NCBI RefSeq assembly: GCF_009914755.1
Contig: NC_060929.1
DNA: 64,000 bases
Strand: one strand, 5' to 3'
Source of the DNA: the human T2T-CHM13v2.0 reference genome, Homo sapiens
The first letter of the stretch is position 1. Each line of letters starts with the position of its first letter. A program made the position numbers and the translations under genes. Under the pieces are notes generated by a model that made no database searches, was not told the DNA's origin, and saw only the letters and a list, made by a program, of their open reading frames with translations. Of the stretch, positions 44,902-58,893 are shown one piece after another.

Positions 44902-46399
44902 GGAGTTATCCTGAATATACTGATTTGTAACTTGGAATTGCACTGTTCTGTAACTTGTTTTTTTTTTTCCTCTTCCAAACAATATGCTGTGAACATCTTT
45001 CCACATCAGTAAATATTCTACTTAGTATCTTAATGATTATATAATGTTTTGTTGAAGATTGAACCGAGATGTATTTAATTAATCCTTTATCGTTACTCAT
45101 TTACGTTGTTTAATTTTTTTATTTTGCTATTGTAAGCAATACTAAAACGAATATCTTTTTATGTATGTCTTTGTTTCTTCCTTTAAGTTCCTAGAAGTGA
45201 AATTACTCCATCAAACCCATTCCTGGATTCTCTTCTAGAAAGATTGTACTTATTTGTGCACTGGCATGGTCTGGGAACACCTGGTTTCCTATACCCAGAT
45301 AACTGTTGATATTTTCATTGTTTTTCATTTTTACCAGTCTGTTCGTCAATAAATTCTGTTACCCTTATTGTTTTAATGTGCATTTATTTGATTACTTGTG
45401 ATGCTAAACTTCTTCCCCATATGATCATGGGTGACTTGTGGTTCTGTGTTTCTGAACTTGGCCCATTTTGCAATTGGTATCTTGTCTCCTCGTTGTTCTA
45501 AAGCTGGGACTGAGCACCCAGAAGGGCCCCCTGCCACATGGAGAACTGGGAAAATGGCTCCACACACCCCTTGAAGCCAGGGCCAACTTCTTTTTCAAAT
45601 CAGTTTGTAGATTTGGACAAATGTATAGTGTGTGGGAGAAGATTGAAGCATAGCCTTCACTGGGTGCATTTGCCCATTCTTTATCTGTGTGAGACTTAGG
45701 GAGAGTAACTTCTTCACCTGAGCCAGAAGGGGTCATGTTCACCAGAGACCTGGGCTCCACTTTCATTGGGATTCCCTGGCTGGTGCTAATGATCAGGATG
45801 CCTGTGAAACCCAGGAAGGGCAATGGCCCAGCAGCTGTGCCCCACGGGCTCATATTTCCTCTTTACCTTAGGGCCCTCCTCTTAGCAGCTCGTGCAGGCC
45901 AGGCAGAAGTTCCACTATGCCACGTGAGTCACCCTCTTCCTTCTTCCTCTGGAATAATAGAAGAAAGACTGGCTCGAGTGAGAAGCAGTCTTGCAAAGGG
46001 GGCTCAGGCTTGGAAATGCCTAACAAGAATATTGCAGTGTTGATCCTTGCCTTCTCCTTCATCGTCATCATCAGTGACGTTTACTGAGTATCCCCTATAC
46101 CCCATGCAGTTTTCTGAGCCTTCTGTTTGCACTACTACATTTCATTCTCATAGATATTGTGCAAAATGTAGGTGCTGTTGCACAGCTGTACAGATCTTAC
46201 AGTTTCAGAGAACTCACTGACTTGTGGAAGACTAATTACCTTTGAGTAAGTAGAAGAGCCAGCATTAGTGGGCAGTGTTCCCAGACTATTTGACTCTAAG
46301 CTCCTTGAAGACAGGGGCTACTCTCAGTTTTTGTTCATCAGTGTTTTTCTAGCACCTTGAGCAAATGAAGGCACATAGATTGTATAGAGAGAATGCAGA

Positions 46400-46716
<317 letters not shown>

Positions 46717-47304
46717 GAATGCAGAACAAGTCCCTCTGCTTCTCTACGCCTGTTTTTCAATCCTTGAAATGGGGATAATAGGCCCTCTCGATTGGGAGTG
46801 AAATAATACAGTATATCTAAAATGAGCATTAACCTGCTACTCATGAAAGTTGGAATAATTCTCTCTTTGAAGCACTTTAGAAGGACAGGATTAAGTATGG
46901 AGCTAATTTTCATGCATGCAATCTTTTTTTTTTTTTGCGTAAAAAAGAGAAGCATAATTCTTATTAGAGAGTGAAGGGTACCCAAATAAAGTCATTTGGA
47001 AGAAAATGATCAGGGTCAGTTTCTATCTGTCCTCCTACAAGGTAGTCGGAGTGCCTCATATCCATCCCATTGACACTCAGCTGATGCAGAATCGATTGGA
47101 TTGATCTTTCTGTTCTTCTCCCCTTCTGATCTAGGTTTTTGTCTGTTTGTAACTAGATTCCTGCAGTTACTACCAAAGAGATCTTTGCTGCACCCGACTT
47201 TGTCTTCTTCCATTTGCCCTTAGCCCAGATGGCAGATCAGTCCTCTTAGAGTGCATATCTGACATCACTCTCTTGCTCACACATCTCCCATGGCTCCTCA
47301 GTAC

Positions 47305-47800
47305 ATTTTTTTTTCTTTTAAGACTTTATTTTTTTAGAACAATTTCAGGTTCACAGCAAAATTGAAAGGAAGGTACAGAGATTTGCCATATACCCTTGCC
47401 CCCAACATGCATAGCCTCCCCCATTATTAATATTCCCCACCAGAGTTGTAGATTTGTTATAATTGATGAACCTACATTGACACATCATTGCCACCCCAGA
47501 GTCTGTAGTTTACATTAGGGTTCACTCCGTGGGTTTGGACAAATCTGTAATGACAGGTATCTACCATGGTAACATCACACAGAATAGTCTCACTGCCCTG
47601 GAAATCTGCTCTACCTTTTCATTTCTTCTGTCCCCCAACTCCTGACAACCACTGATCTTTTTACCGTTTGTACAGTTTTGCCTTTTCCAGAATGTCATAT
47701 AGTTGGAATCACGCAGTATGTAGTGTTTTCAGATTGGCTTTTTTTTCACTTGCTGATAGGAATTTAAGGTTCCTCCATGACTTTCATGGCTTGATAGCTT
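47305..47800 (-). mobile_element. L1MC/MD-like 3' end
   Basis: TTTCAGGTTCACAGCAAAATTGA...GTACAGAGATT...TTGATGAACCTACATTGACACATCATT...TTTTCCAGAATGTCATATAGTTGGAATCA. Confidence 0.85.
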
Positions 47801-48020
47801 AGCTCTCCGGTATTTTAAAATTAAAGCCTAAACTTAAACCTGATTTCCGAAGGCCTTCGGGTACTTTTAAGTTGGAGAGTTAGGCCCTTGACTTTGTCTT
47901 GAGCTGTCTGCTTTTACTTTGGGATCCTGTACCTCCCCAGGAAAACCCTGAATTTTCCTCCTGGAGGCTTAGACTCAGGCTGCCCTTTTCTGTGTCCTCC
48001 TTCTCCATTTCCATGATTCA

Positions 48021-48572
<552 letters not shown>

Positions 48573-48681
48573 TCAGTGAAAATCGAATGACAACATGGAT
48601 TTAAAGCATGTAACACATGCCTGGCACAGAATAAGCACCAAATAATAGATATATCTCTTCATCTATAGATCATATTAAGTG

Positions 48682-48952
48682 TTAGGACATCACTCCTGGA
48701 CGTTAAGCTCCACAAAGGCAAGAATTTTCGTTTATTTCATCCACCTTGTTTTTCACCATAATGAATAGATCAGTGCCTGGAATATAACAGACATTTAATC
48801 AGTCCTCATTGAATGATTAGGAAATCACTCCTGGACGTTAAGCTCCACAAAGGCAAGGATTTTCGTTCATTTCACCCACCTTTTGTTTTCACCACAGTGA
48901 ATAGATCCGTGCCTGGAACATAACAGACATTTAATCAATCCTCATTGAGTGA
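48682..48952 (+). repeat. Two tandem ~135-bp copies of an L2 3' end
   Basis: TTAGGA(C/A)ATCACTCCTGGACGTTAAGCTCCACAAAGGCAAG...AACAGACATTTAATCA at 48682 and 48817. Confidence 0.92.
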
Positions 48953-49060
48953 ATGAATATGCTAGACTATGAGCCTCTTCAGGGCAGACACTGCTTCTTG
49001 TTTTATATCTTCAGTCTGAGTGTTCCTGAGAAGGGATGGAATACAAGTCTGGTGGAATGA

Positions 49061-49450
<390 letters not shown>

Positions 49451-51149
49451 TCTAGAAAGCCTTTGAAGCTAACTTCTTCTGCTTCCACCACCCACGTGGC
49501 TTGTGCCACTTACTATCCCATGGTATCTGAGTGTGCTTTTATTCCTACAACTGGATTGAAAGCTCTGGGAGGACAAGAAATTATTTTTATCCTGGACTAG
49601 CAGTGTGGTTGCCTAGAAGAGCGTTTTATAGGTTTCAATGTCAGGTTCTCTGAAAGAACTTTGTATTTTAAACATTTGACTATGGAAAATGTCAACTCAT
49701 ACAGAAGTAGACAGTAGAGAGAACAGTATGGTGAATCCCCATCCCTCCATCACCCAGCGTCCACTGTTAAAGACTTGCAGTCACTCTTATTCCATCTCCA
49801 TGTACAAGACGTCATTTCATCTGTGACTATTTCATTGTGTATCTGTGAAGAGACTTCTGAGTGCTATTGCATGGATTTCTCCCAATAACTGTGAGACTGG
49901 CTTTCCCCATTTTGTAGGTGATGAAACTGAGGTGCAGGGAGGTTAGGTCAGTTGCTCAGGGTCTTGAAGCTAGTGAGCGGCTTACCTGGGATTTGAACCT
50001 TGACTGTGAGCAGCTCCCTCTCCTTCCAGGCTTGGGGCAGGGGGCCCTTGGAGATACAGGTACACCTTGCCATTTCCAGAAGAGAGGAAGCTGAGGTCCA
50101 GCTGCTTGGCTGGAGGAAGCCCAGGCCCCTGACTCCCTGGCAAGTTCATTTCCAGTGTCAGGTCTTGCGAGGTGCGGTGGGCCTTAGCTCTTGGGGAGGG
50201 CCAGGGTGGGTAGTCCTCTGAGAGACACCATTGCCCTGAGTGGCTGGGCTTTGGATGGCCGTGGGACCCTGGGGCAAGGTCTACCACCACCCCTGGACAG
50301 ACTGCATTTTCTTCCTACTCTTGTCATTCCTAAATCCCAAAGGTCCTCCTTGCAGCTGACCACGAGTTCTCTCATGAGATGCTCAGGACTACCCAGTGAG
50401 GGAGAGGGAGCCAAGGGGTCAGCAGCTGGGTTCACAGAGCTCAGAGAGGAGGGGCCTGGCCTGAGGTCACCCAGCTGGCCTGGGCACAGGGTTGACAGGC
50501 TCTTGGTGGCATCTGGACCCTTGGGCTCCCACCCTGCTCTTTCCTCAGGATAGAGACCGAATTGCTACCCAGATCTGGAGTAGGAGACCAGAGACGAGAC
50601 CTGAGAGACTTTCACAAATGGTGGGATAAAGCCATTGATTAACTGTCCCCAAAGGCCTGTGATGACTGTTTGGTGTTTTAGGTAAGAAAACAAACATTTG
50701 CCCTAATTGTTTGCTTCAGTGACTGAGAGGGCTGTGAATTCTAGGATGGGGTTCTGCTTGGGCAAAGCCCTGGGAGCTTGGCAGAGAATTTCTTTTGGCC
50801 TTCTTTTTCTATCTAGGAAATGGGGACGATAGTAGCATATGCTTTGAAGGCTTTTAGTGAAGAATAGTTGAGGCAATGTCTGTAAAGTGTTCAGAAATGC
50901 TCAATGAGTAGTAACCCTTGTTATTATGAAAAGGGGACACATGTAATGCAGACCCTGCCATTTGTCTTCCCGCTGAGCTCCAGGTCCTTGATCTAGTCGA
51001 GGCCCTGAGGTTCTTCTTGCAGAGTGTTTTTTCCTCTCTACTTGTGGGGCAGGTGACGAGGGATCCCATCCAGCCTTAGCAAGTGTTGCAATACTGACTT
51101 AGGAAACCACTTCTAGTGAGATGCCACTTGAAGAGAGAAGAAATACCCA

Positions 51150-51400
51150 ATAGTGGTTAAGAGCTCTAGGCTTTGGAGTTTTAACTGCCTATGGTTTAAA
51201 TCAGTGCTCTACCACTTACTAGCTATGTGACCTTGAGCAAGTATCTTAACTTCTCTGACCTCAGTTTCTTCATATATTATCCCCCAAATTGGGGATAATA
51301 ATAGTATGCTCTTTGTAGGATAACTTAAGATAGCTGCAGATAATTAAGGCTTGCAGCTTCACCTGACATATAGTAAGCGCTCAATAAATGGTGGTCACTA
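51150..51400 (+). mobile_element. MIR, near full length
   Basis: TAGTGGTTAAGAGC...GGCTTTGGAGT...TACTAGCTATGTGACCTTGAGCAAGT...TAGTAAGCGCTCAATAAATG. Confidence 0.9.
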
Positions 51401-51964
51401 GGATGATGACAACGACAATGATGTAAAAATATAAAACACACAAATGTCAATTTGAGCTTTCTGGGAGTTGGGAGTGCCTTAGAGACGATCTTGCTTAATG
51501 CCCTTACCTTGAAGGAAGGAAACAGACTAGAAACAGATCAGAGGATGCCTTCAGGTCACTCAGCAGAGGCAAGACAGGGCCCTCGGCTGCTGTCTGCTTG
51601 GCCGGGCTGGCTCTGAGTAGCTGGGACTCAACTGTCTGGGACCCACTGTCTGGGAACTCAGCCGGGTGAGCCCTGCTTGGCTGAGAGATGGATGCTCCCC
51701 GACAGCTCTGCAGCCGTATTTTTTCCCTGTGATTGCCTGGCAGAACATAGTCATTTAGCAGAGGGAATGCGAGGAGATGTTAGAAACCAACCAGGCCCTG
51801 AGCAGTTGCAGCAGCCGGCCCACGAGTCGCTCCCTGATGTTGCCATGGCAAACAGCCTTGGCAACGTGGCTGCTCGCGCCTTTATTTCTGGTCTCAGGCT
51901 CTTTGCAAGGAAGTGTGGTACCCAGAACACTGGGGAGGGCCCTGCCCTGGATCCTTGGCACTGA

Positions 51965-52483
<519 letters not shown>

Positions 52484-53666
52484 ATAGCCACATAATATTC
52501 TTAACATGAACCCTGGTGTTAAAGGTTCCCAGGCAGGTGTCATCTTCAACCATGTCCTTCAAGGATGGTGATGATGATGATGATGGTGGTGGTGGTGATA
52601 ACAGTCAACAACTGCTATATCCCCTTCAAGAGATCAGGCCCTGTGCCACATCCTTCACATGTGTAATCACATTTAATCTCAGAGGAACCCCATGAGGCAG
52701 TCCCACTGCTATCCCCATTTTACAGTTGGGTAGACCTAGGCCAACCCAGAGTTTGTGGCGCTGGTGCTGTTCTGCAGCTCCTCCCCTATACCAGGCAACC
52801 ATGGGGGCCCCGCCATGAAGTGTCTGTCCCCTCCCTGTGCCCCTCTCCCATCTGCACCTGCACACTGCAAGGCTCAGCTCAAGTGATGCCTCCTGTAGTT
52901 CCCCCTCTCAGAACTGGCCCTTTTTGCTCTGCGATCCCCACAGTCTGCTACAGACACTTTCTGTTCCCTGCCTTCCCTCAATACTCTGCCACTCTGGTGA
53001 GTTTATTTCTGCCCTCCAGCCATCCCAAAACAAAACAGAAGGGCAGACTGGCTAAGGAGGAGAGCTCTGACTGTGCTGAGGAGTTTGGACTTGGCAGGCA
53101 GTGGGGAGTTGGCAAAGAGTTTTATTATTATTATTCATAACAGTAATAATATAAAAGAGCCAACACTTAGAGACTTATTGGTATGTGCCAGGTACTAAGC
53201 TAGGGCCATTAGGTGCTTTACCTTGTTTAATCAACTACCGGTGAGGTTGGCAGTATGGCAAATGAGAAAACAGACTTGGAGAATTTCAGTGACTTCCCCA
53301 AATCACCTAGCTAGGAAGTAGGCTGGGATTTGAACCTAGGTTTGTCTGACTTCAGAGCACATGGTCCTAACAATTGCAGTGGTGGCTAATTTGGCTAAGC
53401 ACATAGAAGGACTGGAATGGTGTAACAGGAGGCATCTTTGGTGTGGCTGGGGTGGGTGGTGGGGCCCATACCCTGCCTCAGCTGTGGGGCTCAGTGGAAA
53501 TCACTAGATGTAGGTAAGAGGGCAGGGGGCTCAGAGTGGTGCCCTCATAGCCAAGATGGGGGTGCAGAAGAGGATTTATATGGGGAGAACATCCATTTAT
53601 TCAGGGCCCACTGTGTGCCAGGTCTGTTCCTTACTCTGGCCTTCCCTGGAGCCTGGTTAAATGTAA

Positions 53667-54009
<343 letters not shown>

Positions 54010-55462
54010 CTATTTATTCTTTACTATTCCCTCTTCTCTACCCAGTTGGGACTGGAGCTCATCAAGCTGGTTTTCCATCAAATCCCAGTGACTTAACAGT
54101 CCCTGGCACACTGTAGGCCCCCAGTAAATAGTTGTTGGATGACTGAGTGATGAACAAATGCTGTTCGATCTTTCACAACATTTGCCTGATGTTTGCCTGG
54201 CCCAGAGGTCCTTCTTTGTGCCTGGAGACGTGCTAGGATGTGTGGGTGAGGTGAGTGTGGCAGCATTGTACCAGTCCCCACAAGGAGTCACCTGCCCTTG
54301 TCACCAAGATAAGTCTTGCACACGAAGGATCAAAGGCAAACACTTTGTGGAGCCTCCAGAACCCACTATCAGAATACACCTCCAGTGCACAGATCTTTGT
54401 GGAATGATAAACCACTGCTAGGAATCCAGTCTGTTCCAGGGCATGGCTCTGCCTCAACTGGGGAGGGGCTCAGAGTTTTGAGAGTCTTGGTATCTGCAGG
54501 GAGGTGTCTGGTCAGATGTCCCCACATCTTCCCGGGGGATTGAAACCAGCACTTTACACTAGGCCTCATGCCTATGACCCACCCACTTACTCCAGAGAGA
54601 CTAGGCAGGCTGCCTGCACTCATGAGGAAGGAAGAGAAATCCAGGGAGGTGAAGGGGCAAGAGAGGACTTGGGGACCAGTGACCACAGTGCCCAGCCCAA
54701 GAAAATGAACTTCAGGCTGCGTGGATCTTCCCTTGCTTAGAATCTCCTCATATGTTGCACCTGGCACCTTTCCTGCCTAGGGCCAATTCACTCTTAGTTT
54801 GCACATGGTTCTTACAAGCTTGGCAGTCATGTCAAGCAAGGCCTCATGATATGAGAAGCAGCACATTGGTTCTGTTAGTGTGTGCCTATGTAGGCATGGG
54901 GTGAGAGGTGAGGATCTACCAGAGGGAGACACGTGGACTGCAGCACCGAAGCCAGCTTGGGGCCAATTAGTGAGGGGGCTGAGGGGTCCTGCACACCTGT
55001 CTTGTTCCTGAATACATTACTATGTGAAAGCGCAAAGCTCATTGGTGAAGACAGTGTATCGTGTCTGAGGAAAGGTACATTCTGTTCAGTGTTCTCCGAG
55101 AAAGCAAGAAAGTGTGAAGTACGTTTTGGTATTACCATCAAAAATAGGAAGTCTATCAAAAGCAGGCAAAAGTTTTGGCATTCCAAGTTATTTATAAAGT
55201 TTGCATATTGTTAGCATACATAATTCCTTGATGATGCCAGATGAATGAGTTAGTCTAGCCATAAAGCTTTCTTTGAAAGTTAATGCAATCTCTGAAAATA
55301 AGGTGTTGTCTTTTATGTTTCCAAGGCTGCTTAAGGTAGCACAAAGAGTTTGTAGCTCGGCATTAGATAAGTGCTGATTGGCCTCAAGAAACAGTGGCAC
55401 TTGCGCTTAGTGATTCATAAGAGCTTGGGCTTTAGAGTCTGGTTCAAATTTTAGCTTTGTGA

Positions 55463-55757
55463 CTTTTTTTTTTTTTTTTTTTGAGACAGGGTCTTGCTCT
55501 GTTGCCCAAGCTGGTGCGATCAAGGAGGCTCACTGCAGTCTCGACCTCTTGGGCTCAAGGGATCCTCCTACCTCAGCTTCCCCAGTAGCTAGGACTAAAG
55601 GCATGTGCCACTACACCTGGATAATTTTTTACTTTTTTTAGAGATAGGGTCTTGCTATATTGCCCGGGCTGGTCTCGAACTCCTAGGCTCAAGCGATCCT
55701 ATTGCCTCGGCCTCCCAAAGTGCTAGGATTACAGGCAGGAGCCACTGTGCCTGGCCA
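55463..55757 (-). mobile_element. AluJ-like inserted in a MIR, followed by a MER5-like relic (~55875-56070)
   Basis: TSD AGCTTTGTGACTTTT; CAGTGGTTCTCA...CACATCAGAATCA. Confidence 0.88.
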
Positions 55758-56839
55758 GCTTTGTGACTTTTTAGTTGTGTGATCTAAGGAGTTAGATAGC
55801 TGCTCTGTGCTCTAGTTAGCCAGCTCCCAAATGGGAATGATAATAGGACTTACCTGCCAGGCTTGGTAGAACTAATCAGTGGTTCTCAGCCATGAGTGCA
55901 CATCAGAATCAACTCTGTAGTTTAAAAAAGTCATAATTACACATCTGGGGCTGTCCCAGACCTATAGAGTGAGAATCTTTGAGAGTAGGCCCTTAAGCTT
56001 CTCTGTCTTTAAAAAGCTCCCTCTGATGACACCCCTGCTTTGGTACTAAAAATCAGGTACTATTCATAGAGTGTCTGTCATGAACTCTGCCAGTTCCCTC
56101 CCCTCTCTCTTTCCTGCCTCAGTGTGGGGTACAGGCTAGCATTTAGGATGAATGACCAGGGAACAGATCGAAAGCCTCTTTATAATAATGCCCGTGGAGA
56201 GCAGGGCAACTTCTTTATCAGGCATTTCCATTTGATCTTCACATCAATCTCATGTCATAGGGAAAAGAAGTATTCCCATTTTACAGATGGGAAAATAGAG
56301 GTCTAGAGAGTGACTTGGTAGGATCCTGCCGGTAATCAGTTTTCAAATATTCGTCTTGGTCCCTGTGTTTGTCCTCCTTGATCCTCAATCCCACACCCAC
56401 TTATGGGTCAGCTCATAGGAGGTGGGGGGATTAGGATTACTTTATGAGTGAATGGGTTGGAAGAGAGGAGGAAGAAGGCAGCCTGAGAGAACACAAGTCA
56501 CCTGCAGACTCCCAGAGGCCAGTGACAGTTTGATGTATCAGGCCCCTTAAAGATCAGAGGGGTGCTGGTCATGGTCCCAGACCATGCAGTAGCTTAGAGG
56601 TAGCAACAGGACTAGAATCCATTTCTGATGCCTGATTCACTGCCATCCCAGCTCTGTGTGCTGCTTCCACAGTGTGGTCAGGGTGTGGCTCCACTGATAA
56701 TAGAATTAGTCTTCTAGCTAGTGTAGTGAGGCCTTTGCACTTGCTGTTCCCTCTGCCGGCAACGCTCTTCCCAGGCATTGCCATGGCTTGCTGCTTCCTC
56801 ACCTCCTTCCTGTCCTGTCAGGTGTCATCTCCTCAAATG

Positions 56840-57870
56840 ACCACCATTCTACTTTCTGTCTCTATGATTTTGGTTGTGACATGGTTTCTCATACAAGTGG
56901 GATCACAGTATTTGTCTTTTTGTGGCTGGCCTATTTTACTTAGCATAGTGTCATCAAGGCTCATCTCTATTGGGGCAAATGTCAGGATTTCCTTCCTTTT
57001 TCAGGTAGAATAATATTTCACTGAATATGCCACATTTTGCTTATCCATTCATTTGTTAGTGAATACCTGGGTTGCTTTCACATTTTAGCTATTGTGAATG
57101 ATGGTGCTATGAACATGGGTGCACAAATATCTCTTGGAGACCCTGACTTCAACCCATTTGGGTATATGCCCAGAGGTGGAATTGCTGGATTATATGGTAG
57201 TTCTATTGTTAATGTTTTGAGGAACCACCATACTGTTTTCCATGGTGGCTGTACCATTTAACATTCCTACCAACAGTGCACAAGGGTCCCAATTTCTCCA
57301 TATCCTCTCTAACACTTCCTGTTTTCTGTTTGTTTCTTTAAATAGTAGCCATCCTAATGGATGTGAGGTGGTTATCTTATTGTAGTTTTGATTTGCATTT
57401 CCCTAATGACTGAGCATTTTTTAATGTGTTTACTGGCCATTTGCATATCTTCTTTAGATAAATGTCTTTTCAAGTCATTTGCCTGTATTTTAAAATTGGG
57501 TTGTTTGTTTTTTGTTGTTGTTGACATTTAGTTCTCTTTACATTTGAGATACTAATCTCATCAGATATGATTTGCAAATATTTTCTCCCATTCTATGTGT
57601 TGCCTTTTTATTCTGTTGATAGTGTCTTCTAATTCACAAAATTAAATAATTTTCACGTAGTCTAATTTGTCTATTTTTTCTTTTGTTGCCTCTGCTTTTG
57701 GTGTCATATCTAAGAAATCATTTTCAAACCCAATGTCAGGAAGCCTTTGCCTGCTTTGTTTTTTTCTAAGAGTTTTAGAGTTTGAGCTCTTTCATTTTTA
57801 TCTTTGATCCATTTGGAGTTAATGTTTATATATGGTGTAAGGTAAGAGTCCAACTTCATTCCTTCGCATA
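56840..57870 (-). mobile_element. L1MA/MB-like ORF2 C-terminus and 3'UTR fragment
   Basis: TTTTGAGGAACCACCATACTGTTTTCCATGGTGGCTGTACCATTTAACATTCCTACCAACAGTG...TTTGATTTGCATTTCCCTAATGA. Confidence 0.92.
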
Positions 57871-58841
57871 ACTGAATGTGTCTTGAATGAGTGAGTAGTT
57901 GGCTAAGTCCTTAAGCTGTACAGGCTGCCGAGCTCACCTAACCCTCCTAACAGTGTCAGGAGAAAAATACTTTTAGCACCATTCTTCACGTGAGCCTGAT
58001 GCTCAGAGGGTGAGTGTGGGGCTTGGGGACATAGCTCCTTTGCTGACCAAGCCACACAGAGGTCCCCAGGGCCCAGCAGGCAGGCATGACCAGGGCCCCG
58101 CCCCAAAATATCATGCCCCAGTGCCCTAGTGGCCTCATGCCACTTTCTCCTTGGGGTTGGGCAACAGCTCCTCCCTGCCCTGTGGGTGTGGACACCAGGT
58201 ACCTGCCCAGCAGCGCCTGGGGCCTCCAGCCTACTCCAGCACTGCTCTTTGTCCCAGTGGCTGAAGGAGTGGCAGCCTGGCTTGTACTTTCTGGTCCAGC
58301 CCCAACAGGAATGTGGCAATCTCCTCCCACTGTGCCTGCATCCACACCTCCCTGGTGGGGTGGGGGTGGACCATGGGCAGGCACCATAGCAGGCAAAACT
58401 AGAGGACAGTGATGGTGTCTTGGGTGGAAGCTGCTTTGCCAGAGGCCCATCTCCTGAGAGGCTAGAGCAGGCCCAGGTTGGTGAATCAGGTTCCAGGGAG
58501 AGCAGGGTGGGGTTGAGGAGTGGGTGAGGAGCCAAGCAGGAGAGGGAGGTGGAGGTTTAGAATCCACCCTAAGAGGAGAAGAAAGCCCTCCTTTGCTCAG
58601 CTGGCCTGCCAGAAGATTTTCAATGATATGGTTGTGAAACAACCAGAGGAGGGGCAGTACCAGCCGGTTCCAGGTGATGAGCACAGCCCAGGGTCTGAGG
58701 GCAAGTGGGAGGCACACGAGAACAGTGAAGAACAGAGCTCTGAGTCAGCCTGAGTCCAGGGTCTGTCAGTTAGCTGCTGACTTAGGGCATGGTACTTATT
58801 CTGCCTGGGCCTTAGTTTCCTCACCTGTGAAATGGGGTGAA

Positions 58842-58893
58842 GAGATATAGATATAGATATAGATATAGATATATCTATATATATATATATCTC
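58842..58893. repeat. (GATATA)n/(TA)n microsatellite within a MIR
   Basis: Direct reading; MIR core CTTAGTTTCCTCACCTGTGAAATGGGG just upstream. Confidence 0.88.

Noticed and set aside
51228-51236. TGACCTTGA (ERR site), also TGACCTTGG at ~60294
   Set aside because: Part of the MIR consensus (TGTGACCTTGGGCAAG) and so expected by descent; no independent support
57903-58717. Overlapping 210 and 243 aa minus-strand ORFs
   Set aside because: GC-rich intronic DNA, non-ATG starts likely, no homology recognised, no poly(A) or TSD to suggest a retrocopy; PhyloCSF or Ribo-seq would be needed to revisit
58753-58759. AGTCCAG seed match for miR-378a-3p within the host intron
   Set aside because: A 7-mer is expected several times by chance, it is MIR-derived, and it is intronic rather than in a 3'UTR
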